DNA of 64,000 bases. Origin: an uncultured Acidobacteriota bacterium. Lineage in GTDB: Bacteria > Acidobacteriota > Blastocatellia > RBC074. This document shows positions 56,706 through 64,000 of this stretch, one piece after another. The translations under genes and the position numbers were made by a program. The notes below the pieces were generated by a model that worked only from the letters and a program-made list of their open reading frames with translations, ran no database searches and was not told where the DNA came from. Location of the stretch: positions 480,001-544,000 of the forward strand of contig CAWCKY010000006.1 in NCBI GenBank assembly GCA_963796275.1, read 5' to 3'. Numbering within the stretch: position 1 is the stretch's first letter; every line of letters starts with the position of its first letter.

Positions 56706-57685
56706 CTCTTCAGCTTCTGAAATTGTGCGATAGCTTCCTGTGCGCTGGCCGTATCGCCGAGTTTTTGATAAATCCTGCTCAGCGTGTAATACGGTTCAGG
56801 ATAGGTTGGATCTAAAGCAGCCGTCTTTTTCAAAGTTTCAATGGCTTCGGAGTATTTGCCGCGTTTTTCAAGAAGCACCCCGAGTTGGTAGTGAGTCTGT
56901 GGCAGCTTTGGATCGTAATGCAAGGCTTCGCGCAACAGCCGTTCGGATTCCTCCAGGTTTCCTCTGGCGGTCAGAACGACCGCGAGATTGACGTGCGGCC
57001 AAGGTGACGGCTTCGCCTGAAGGCGATTCAGTTCGATCGCTTTGCGGTAATAAAAGATCGCCTCATCGAATCGGCCGAGAAAGTCGTAGCACAGCCCGAG
57101 GTTGTCGTAAGCCCGCATCATTCGGGGATCGAGCTCTATCACTTTGAGCAACCTCGCCATCGCCTCATTGTATCTCTGCGCGTCATAATCGAGCCGCGCG
57201 AGCCAGTAGAGGTAGAGAGGACTTTGAGGGACGGCCTGGACGAGCTTCTCCAGTTCAGCCCGCGCCCAGTCGCTGCGTTTGAGTTTGATGTATGCCATCG
57301 CAAGCGTGAATCGGCTGCGCTCGTCGAGCGGCGAGATGGCCCCGGCTTTTTTGAAGGCGATGGCGGAATTGAGATAATCTCCATCGATGAAAAATATCCC
57401 CGCCGCCATTCTGAGCAGCTCGGCGGATTTCGGGTTTCTGTTGATCTCTTCGATCAGGATAGTCTCGGCCCGTTTGTAATCGCGTGCGGCGAAGGCTTTT
57501 TCCAGCTCATCGCGGCGCGTGGGATCGAGAGATGAGCGGCGGATGCCGTGAAGGATCGGATCGGATGCGATCGATTCCTGGTCGATTGTGCCGGTTTGAG
57601 CAGCGATAAGCGGGAAGGACGAAAGAAGAAGTGTCATTAATAGTATGGGAAATAATATGGGAAATTTTGAAATGACCCTTCGCAT
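56687..57685 (-). CDS. Exported TPR protein
   Basis: Signal peptide ending in AAQ; TPR motifs AYDNLG, THYQLG and PYYTLS. Confidence 0.88.
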   Translation of the reverse strand: MRRVISKFPILFPILLMTLLLSSFPLIAAQTGTIDQESIASDPILHGIRRSSLDPTRRDELEKAFAARDYKRAETILIEEINRNPKSAELLRMAAGIFFIDGDYLNSAIAFKKAGAISPLDERSRFTLAMAYIKLKRSDWARAELEKLVQAVPQSPLYLYWLARLDYDAQRYNEAMARLLKVIELDPRMMRAYDNLGLCYDFLGRFDEAIFYYRKAIELNRLQAKPSPWPHVNLAVVLTARGNLEESERLLREALHYDPKLPQTHYQLGVLLEKRGKYSEAIETLKKTAALDPTYPEPYYTLSRIYQKLGDTASAQEAIAQFQKLKSQYRGR

Positions 57686-57746
57686 AGCATAAGATTAATA
57701 CTAACCACAAAAAACACAACAAGATAAAGCGCCCAGAGCAAGAATT

Positions 57747-59336
57747 ATGAATCGCATTCGAAACAGTCTGAAATATTTCGTTTGTTTCGTTATTTTTGTT
57801 TGTTTCACGTTCTCCTGTTTCATCGCCAAGGCGCAGACTGGCAATGAGCAGCGCATCATCCAAATTCAAGAATTGATGCAACAGGGCAACCTATCCGCGG
57901 CGCGTAAACTTTTATCCCAGTCGAAGAGGGAATATCCGGTCGATCCCGGACTTGACAACTTGCTCGGGATCATCGAAGCGCAGGAAAAGAACTACAAAGC
58001 GGCGGAGGCTGCTTTCCAACGCGCCATCGCGCGCGCGCCGAAATTCACCAACGCCTATTTGAATCTGGGACGGCTCTATCAGCAAAACCCCACAGCCGAT
58101 GCGGAAGCGCTACCGAAAGCCCTGCAAACCTATCGTAAGGTTTTGCTCTATCAACCCGATAATCTCGAAGCCAATTATCAAACCGCGGTGCTGCTTCAAT
58201 TGCGCGGAGATCACCGGGCATCGCTCGCGCAGCTTACACGATTGCCGGAGGACTATCGGCGTAGCGCCCAGTCTCTCTCGCTCTACTGCGCAAATTATAC
58301 CGGTCTCGGTGACCACCTACGCGCCCATGAAACGGCGGACATATTGATAAAACATCCGAATTTTTCCGAGGCGGATGTGATGTCGATCCTCCCCTCGCTC
58401 GCAAAAGTGCGGGAATCTGATCTCTCGGTAAAATTGCTGGAAGCGCTAATCGAACGAAATATGGGATCGCCGGAAGCGATCTACCGTCTGGGTCTGCTCT
58501 ATGAGCAGCTGAGCCGTTTCGACGATGCGCGAGCGATGTTGGAAAAATCGGTGGCCGGCGGAAAGCCGCTCGCCGGATTGCTCATCGACCTCGCGCGGAT
58601 CGCCCACAAGCAGCGCGACTACAAGGGGGCGCTCGGTTATCTGGCGCACGCCCGAGATCTCGAACCGCAAAATGCGAGTATCCACTATTTCTTCGGTATT
58701 GTTTGCATCGATATGAATCTCGGCGCGGAAGCGCACGCCGCGCTGAGCAAAGCGGTCAACCTGGAACCCGAAAATCCGCAGTACACCTTCGCTATGGGGT
58801 TTGTCTCTTCACACCGGCGCAATCCCGAAGAAGCGATCCCGTATCTGGAGAAGTATTTGCAGCTAAAGCCGGGCGATCCGCGCGGCCGTCTGATTATCGG
58901 TATGGCATATTTCAGAAGCAAAAATTATGAAGCCGCGCGAATAGAACTGATGAAAGCCGCAAAGAATAAAGAGACTGCGGCTACCGCCCAATATTACCTG
59001 GGCAGCATCGCCCGTCAGGAGAACAGAATAGATGAAGCCGTACGCGATCTCGAGCAGGCTTTGCAGATCAGACCGGATTATGCGGATGCCCTGGCTGAAT
59101 TGGGGCAGTGCCGCCTGCAACAAAGAGATTATGTGAGTGCAGAAAAACTTCTGCGGCAAGCGCTCGAGATCGATTCTCAGCATTACAACGCGAACTTTAA
59201 TCTCTTGACTCTGTTTAGCCGCACAAAAGACCCGCGAGCTACCGAACAGGCGACAAAATTCGATGAGATAAAAAAAAGACGCGAGGAGAGAGCGCAGGAT
59301 TTTATGCGAGGCATCGAAGTTCGACCATATCAGTGA
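57747..59336 (+). CDS. Exported TPR protein
   Basis: Signal peptide ending in AKAQ; many TPR motifs (AYLNLG, AIYRLG, AQYYLG, ALAELG). Confidence 0.88.
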   Translation: MNRIRNSLKYFVCFVIFVCFTFSCFIAKAQTGNEQRIIQIQELMQQGNLSAARKLLSQSKREYPVDPGLDNLLGIIEAQEKNYKAAEAAFQRAIARAPKFTNAYLNLGRLYQQNPTADAEALPKALQTYRKVLLYQPDNLEANYQTAVLLQLRGDHRASLAQLTRLPEDYRRSAQSLSLYCANYTGLGDHLRAHETADILIKHPNFSEADVMSILPSLAKVRESDLSVKLLEALIERNMGSPEAIYRLGLLYEQLSRFDDARAMLEKSVAGGKPLAGLLIDLARIAHKQRDYKGALGYLAHARDLEPQNASIHYFFGIVCIDMNLGAEAHAALSKAVNLEPENPQYTFAMGFVSSHRRNPEEAIPYLEKYLQLKPGDPRGRLIIGMAYFRSKNYEAARIELMKAAKNKETAATAQYYLGSIARQENRIDEAVRDLEQALQIRPDYADALAELGQCRLQQRDYVSAEKLLRQALEIDSQHYNANFNLLTLFSRTKDPRATEQATKFDEIKKRREERAQDFMRGIEVRPYQ

Positions 59337-59641
59337 TTCTTAGAGCCGGCTTAAAAACGATTTTTTTCATCATTTTACGCTTGTAAGTGATCTATGAAGG
59401 GTGAATAATCCGTACTCACAAATGTTTGGGGAATATTAGGGACGAACAGCCTCGGCAAATTAACGATAAGTCCTTGATATTGGTCAACGCTGAGAATTAT
59501 TAATATAATAAAGTAATAGATCTATCTGGTTTTCAACTGAAGAATTATCAGGCATAATAACGCCCTTACGAAAACGGAAAAAGAAGAGTGCCTCGCGAAA
59601 TATATCCCCCACAACTCAAAATAGCCAAAGGTAGAACGCAT

Positions 59642-60784
59642 ATGAAGAAATCTGGTCTCTCTCTGGTTTTTTCGCTGCTTGTATTGTTAGGGATTAATGG
59701 ACATACAGCAGCCCAATCAACTCGATACACGGTTCAGCTTGAGGCTACACAAGAGCTTGATGTAGCGCTTAATAAGGTGAAGGGATTCAAGGGACAGGGC
59801 TTGGATGCATACATTGTCAAGATCGATGTGCAGGACAAAGGGACCTTCTATCGTATACGTGTTGGGAATTTTCCGACTCAGGCTGACGCTCGCAAATACG
59901 CCGCTGATTTGCAAAGACTGGGCTTTTCCAGCGAATTCTACATTGCCCCTTACGAGGCTCCGCAGGGTGATTTGCCCGAAGCGGCACCAACGCGCGGTGT
60001 AGCAGCGCCGGCAGCCGGAGCTGGAAGCACTCCGCCGGCCAAGGAACAGCCGAAGAAGGAAGAACCGAAGCAACCGGCGCCTTCTGCGAGTACGCCTCCG
60101 CCTGCACCGCCGGCTAAAGACCCGGCGAAGCAATCGGCGGCGTCCGCGAAAGCTGCGCCGGCGGGTGGCAATGAGCAAAAGCTAGTCGCCAACCTTACCA
60201 GCGCGACGACCAATCCGATAACGCCTCCGGCACCCGCGCCGGTTACGGCCGCCCCTGCGGCTGCGGCGGTCAATCCGGCCGCCCTCAATTTCATCAGGTT
60301 CCAGGACCAGGCGATCGGTTACTCGTTCGAGCGGCCGCAGGCCTGGGAAGGCGGCCAATTGGATACGAAAGATACGCAGGATCAGAAGGTCAGCGCCGGC
60401 GCCCTCTTCAAGTCTTATCAGGATTCGGCGTTCATAACCGCCATCTGGAACACTCTGGAAAAGGCCAACAGTCCCGAACAGGATAACGACCTGATCGTTC
60501 AGTTGATTCTCCAGAGCATGGGATCTGACGCGGGAACACAACAGATGACCGAGACGAGTCGCAAGGTCGTGAGCGAAAACGGAACCATAAAGACCTATCT
60601 CGATTTAAAAGCGACCTTCAAATCACAGGGCCAGGAAGGGCCTCTCGATTTCCTCGGCAAGGGTGTGATCGCACGCACCAACAAGGGAATCCTGCTTGTT
60701 GTCGCCTTCTATTGGCAGGGTGGCCCGCCATACGTTTCAGGCGTAGCGGACAAGATCATCGCATCGGTGAAGCCGCCACTATAA
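59642..60784 (+). CDS. SPOR domain protein with Pro/Ala linker and PsbP/DcrB-like C-terminal domain
   Basis: Signal peptide, YTVQL, FYRIRVGNF...DA, low-complexity linker, D...GYSFERPQAWE. Confidence 0.8.
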   Translation: MKKSGLSLVFSLLVLLGINGHTAAQSTRYTVQLEATQELDVALNKVKGFKGQGLDAYIVKIDVQDKGTFYRIRVGNFPTQADARKYAADLQRLGFSSEFYIAPYEAPQGDLPEAAPTRGVAAPAAGAGSTPPAKEQPKKEEPKQPAPSASTPPPAPPAKDPAKQSAASAKAAPAGGNEQKLVANLTSATTNPITPPAPAPVTAAPAAAAVNPAALNFIRFQDQAIGYSFERPQAWEGGQLDTKDTQDQKVSAGALFKSYQDSAFITAIWNTLEKANSPEQDNDLIVQLILQSMGSDAGTQQMTETSRKVVSENGTIKTYLDLKATFKSQGQEGPLDFLGKGVIARTNKGILLVVAFYWQGGPPYVSGVADKIIASVKPPL

Positions 60785-60786
60785 GT

Positions 60787-60877
60787 CACCAAAAATCGCA
60801 ATAGGACAAAAAAACCAAAACAAGTATATCCGGAGCTTGTTATGAGTTTTTTGTCCTTATGCATTTTTTTGGTGAAT
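60787..60877. repeat. 9-nt-period inverted-repeat element between convergent genes
   Basis: CACCAAAAA..AGGACAAAAAA ... TTTTTTGTCCT..TTTTTGGTG. Confidence 0.7.
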
Positions 60878-60884
60878 TTTATTT

Positions 60885-61745
60885 TTATGATTGAGCGAGA
60901 AACTTCTTTGTCTCGGTAAGGAAGATTTCCAACTGATCGTGATGCACCCAGTGGCCGGCATCCGGCACCTTTACGATCTTGTAGTTTTTCAAAGCTGACG
61001 CCCGGCCATCAGTCTCCGGATCGATCGACCAGCTCTCCATACCCCAAAACAACAATACCGGACAAGTGATCCGACCCAGAATCTGCCTTACATCATCCTG
61101 GTGGTGACCATGAGGTGGGAATGGGCGCGCGAAGTTATCGAATTTCCAGATCAGCGATCCATCGGAGTTCCAATTCGTTCCGTGCAGCGTAAGATGCCGA
61201 GCGACATCATCGGTGAGATGTGGGTTTGCCTCCTTCATCCGATTAACTGCCGAGTCGAGCGTCGGGTAACTGCGGGGCTCCCGTTTCTCGATGCTGCGGA
61301 TCTCGTCGATCCATCTTCTCAGCCGCTTGGGCGCAGGATCATGTACGTGATGAGTGGGGGGCGGCCCTAAACCTTCGATCGAAACGACCTTCTGGACGCG
61401 CTCGGGAAAGACGCCGGTATATGCCAGAACAATTATGCCACCGAGCGAGTGGCCGATGAGATAGATCGGGTAATCGTTTATCACGTCAGCGAGAGCTGAG
61501 AGATCGAGTACGTGTTCGGCAATTGTGTAGGATGCGCCGGGTGCATGCTGGCTGTTACCGTGACCTCTAAGATCGACCGCGTAGATGTGAAAGTCATCTC
61601 GTAACGCGCGCGCCACCCAATCCCAATTGCGCGCGTGATCGAGGCCGCCATGAACCAATATCAACGTCGGCTTGCCCTCAGTGCCCCAATCCCAGAACTG
61701 CAGTTTAAGACGATGGGAGTAGAAGAAATGTGAGATGGGTTCCAA
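60885..61745 (-). CDS. Alpha/beta hydrolase
   Basis: LVHG, DLRGHG.S, GHSLGG, AGHWVH. Confidence 0.93.
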   Translation of the reverse strand: MEPISHFFYSHRLKLQFWDWGTEGKPTLILVHGGLDHARNWDWVARALRDDFHIYAVDLRGHGNSQHAPGASYTIAEHVLDLSALADVINDYPIYLIGHSLGGIIVLAYTGVFPERVQKVVSIEGLGPPPTHHVHDPAPKRLRRWIDEIRSIEKREPRSYPTLDSAVNRMKEANPHLTDDVARHLTLHGTNWNSDGSLIWKFDNFARPFPPHGHHQDDVRQILGRITCPVLLFWGMESWSIDPETDGRASALKNYKIVKVPDAGHWVHHDQLEIFLTETKKFLAQS

Positions 61746-61768
61746 TACTGTAATCCTTCCTCAGAAAT

Positions 61769-61856
61769 AGTATTCAGTATTCAGTTTTTAGTTTTCAGTT
61801 TGCGGTTTAAGCTGCCGATCGAGACGTTCTATCTGAAAACTGAAAACTGAAAACTG
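61769..61856. repeat. Heptamer inverted-repeat element
   Basis: AGTATTC x2, AGTTTTT, AGTTTTC ... GATCGAGAC core ... CTGAAAA x3. Confidence 0.85.
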
Positions 61857-62066
61857 CTGTTATGCTATCGCGGCCAATGAACGACATCAAGAAAGGCAGC
61901 GCGATACATTTTTTCGGATTCGATCCTCTAAATTTTCGGATGTTGTTTGTTACCGATCTTCTTTATCTCACCGGATTTAACTTCACTATAATTATTAAAT
62001 ATTGTAATGGCATTGGATAGCTGAAATCCATGATTACCTATTTCTCATCGACGAATTAAGATTTGG

Positions 62067-62083
62067 ATGGAATATGACTTGCC
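62067..62083 (+). promoter_or_regulatory. Sigma54 -24/-12 promoter of TBDR6
   Basis: ATGGAATATGACTTGCC. Confidence 0.7.
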
Positions 62084-62295
62084 TCTTTTGAAATCAGTGG
62101 ATTACCACGCCACAACTAGGCATACAGAAATAAACGGAAATATTAATAAATAACTGTTCTGAGCGAGGGTGCAGTACAGGGAGTGGAAGAAACCTGCGGC
62201 TTGGTGCTTGGTTAGCCAGCCATCGATGCTCGGGTCTCTAACGCTCGCATACAAATCCGCGTTATCTGTACGCTCACCGGCATAGGAGAACATTG

Positions 62296-64000
62296 TTGAA
62301 AAACGTATTTATCACATTTTCGATCTGTCTTTTGATATCGCTAAATACAAGTGCGCAGACTGCCGGCACCTCTCGCATAACGGGAGTTGTTCAGGACGCC
62401 ACGGGGGCAGTTATACCTGATGCGAAGGTCATCTTGACGAACGAGGGCACCAATGTTTCGTTCACATTCGACACTACATCGGCGGGTGTTTATGTATTCG
62501 ACGGTATACAGCTCGGTTCATACACGGTGACCGTCGAAAAACAGGGTTTCAAGAGATTTATTGCGAGGAACAACATCCTCACGGTCGGACAACCTTTGAC
62601 GGTCAACGTCAATATGGAGGTTGGAATAGCTAACGATACGATCGAGGTGACCGGTGGTTATGAACGCGTGCAGACATCGACCTCGGGAAACTTCGGCGCG
62701 ACTGTCGACAACAAGATGCTGACCGAATTGCCACTTGGTCTGGATGCGGGCAGTGGCGGTCGTAATCCGCTGGTCTTTGTGCGGCTGCAGCCAGGTGTGG
62801 CGGTCGGCTCCAATACGGGCGGAGGTTCGCATGTTAACGGAGCGCGCGATCGCGCCTTCAACTACACGCTGGACGGAATCGACATCAACGAGTCGTCCGC
62901 CGGAGGAGCGGAATTTTCGCCGCTGCGCACCAATCCCGATAGTCTTCAGGAGTTGCGCGTTATCACGAGTAACGCAACAGCTGAATGGGGGCGGAGCAGC
63001 GGCGCCCAGGTCGCGCTCGTCACCAAATCGGGGACCAATCAATTTCACGGAAACCTATTCTACTTCCATCGCAATGCTGCACTCGCAGCGAATGAGTGGG
63101 CCAACAACCTGAACGGCATAGCCAGACCGGCGCTGCGCCAGCATCAATATGGCGGCGATCTTGGCGGCCCGATTTTCAAAGACCGCACCTTCTTCTTTTT
63201 CAATTATCAGGGCCAGCGCCAGATCTTCCCGGTATCGCGCAACAGAACCGTCTATACCGAGACAGCGAAACAGGGGGTATTCCGTTATGTCGCGGGAGGG
63301 CGCAACACCCCCGCCGGTCAGGCCGGCGCCGGTGTCGATGCTGCGGGCAATCCGTTGCTGCCGCCTTGTAGCGCAACCGTCACAGCCAATTGCATCGCGA
63401 GTTACAACATCGCCGCTAACGATCCGCGCAGGCTCGGCATCGACCCGACCATCCAGGATAATGTCTTGAGCCTGCTCCCGCCGCCCAATAATTTCTCGAT
63501 GGGAGACGGCTTGAACACTGCCGGTTATGTCTATAACGCCACCCGGCTCGACCCACAGCGCGATTTCGTCTTCAAGATCGACCACAAAATAAATGATCTC
63601 CACAACGTATACGTGCGCTATGCCTGGGGGAAGCAGGATACGCTCAATGACACCGCGAATGACGGGGAACCGGCATTTCCTGGATTGCCGGCGAAGGTTA
63701 ATACGACGCGCGATCCGCGCAACCTGGCGGCGTCCTATCGTTGGGTGATCAAGCCGAGCCTGGTCAACGAGGTAGTGGGAGGCTTCAACCATTTCACGTT
63801 CGATTTCATCAATCCCTCGGCAGGGGATCAGGCGTTTTCGATCCTCGGGGTAAATCCGACCGATCCGCTCGATTTCACGTGGGGCAATCTGCGAACGATC
63901 AATACCTATCAGATCGTGGATAACCTGAGCTGGACCAAGGGCGCACATCTGATCAAGACCGGTATCAATTTTCGTTATCAGCAGCACGAGGACATTCGTG
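62296..64000 (+). CDS. TonB-dependent receptor (TBDR6), truncated by the window end and absent from the ORF track
   Basis: AGGAGA RBS, TTG start (62293 or 62296), signal peptide, ITGVVQDATGAVIPDAKV, AEWGRSSGAQVALVTKSGTNQFHG; the frame appears open to 64000. Confidence 0.92.
   Translation, partial: MKNVFITFSICLLISLNTSAQTAGTSRITGVVQDATGAVIPDAKVILTNEGTNVSFTFDTTSAGVYVFDGIQLGSYTVTVEKQGFKRFIARNNILTVGQPLTVNVNMEVGIANDTIEVTGGYERVQTSTSGNFGATVDNKMLTELPLGLDAGSGGRNPLVFVRLQPGVAVGSNTGGGSHVNGARDRAFNYTLDGIDINESSAGGAEFSPLRTNPDSLQELRVITSNATAEWGRSSGAQVALVTKSGTNQFHGNLFYFHRNAALAANEWANNLNGIARPALRQHQYGGDLGGPIFKDRTFFFFNYQGQRQIFPVSRNRTVYTETAKQGVFRYVAGGRNTPAGQAGAGVDAAGNPLLPPCSATVTANCIASYNIAANDPRRLGIDPTIQDNVLSLLPPPNNFSMGDGLNTAGYVYNATRLDPQRDFVFKIDHKINDLHNVYVRYAWGKQDTLNDTANDGEPAFPGLPAKVNTTRDPRNLAASYRWVIKPSLVNEVVGGFNHFTFDFINPSAGDQAFSILGVNPTDPLDFTWGNLRTINTYQIVDNLSWTKGAHLIKTGINFRYQQHEDIR

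Noticed and set aside
59545-59565. Sigma54 site upstream of the SPOR gene
   Set aside because: AGGCATAATAACGC has GG-N9-GC and lacks TTGC.
63055-63987. 310-aa minus-strand ORF, and similar antisense ORFs such as 51246-52577, 13115-14014 and 31871-34111
   Set aside because: Shadow frames opposite well-supported genes in GC-rich DNA; no motifs of their own.

Overview
Bacterial chromosomal window, most consistent with Acidobacteriota (Blastocatellia-like; inferred from gene families and style). The left half is housekeeping: mutS2 3' end, dnaG-rpoD, an ECF sigma/anti-sigma/DUF4097/O-antigen-ligase-PDZ/VWA operon, leuS-lptE-holA, rlmI-like, folK-panC, ychF, uvrC, UPF0182 and rarA. The right half (31.9-64 kb) holds six Oar-like TonB-dependent receptors (TBDRs) interleaved with four TPR proteins. 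Main observations: (1) five of the six TBDRs have the same sigma54-type promoter variant TGGAAT-N5-TTGC upstream, two with IHF-like sites at matching spacing; (2) a promoter, RBS, 34-codon ORF with clustered Leu codons and a hairpin lie upstream of leuS, a candidate leucine-sensing leader; (3) many intergenic junctions hold inverted-repeat elements built from 7-, 8- or 9-nt periodic units, and 9-mer arms appear to encode the signal peptides of two proteins; (4) PanC has substitutions at normally invariant positions. Several genes are broken by single-base indels that are probably long-read errors. I found no rRNA, tRNA, CRISPR array or transposase. All calls are by eye, without database searches.
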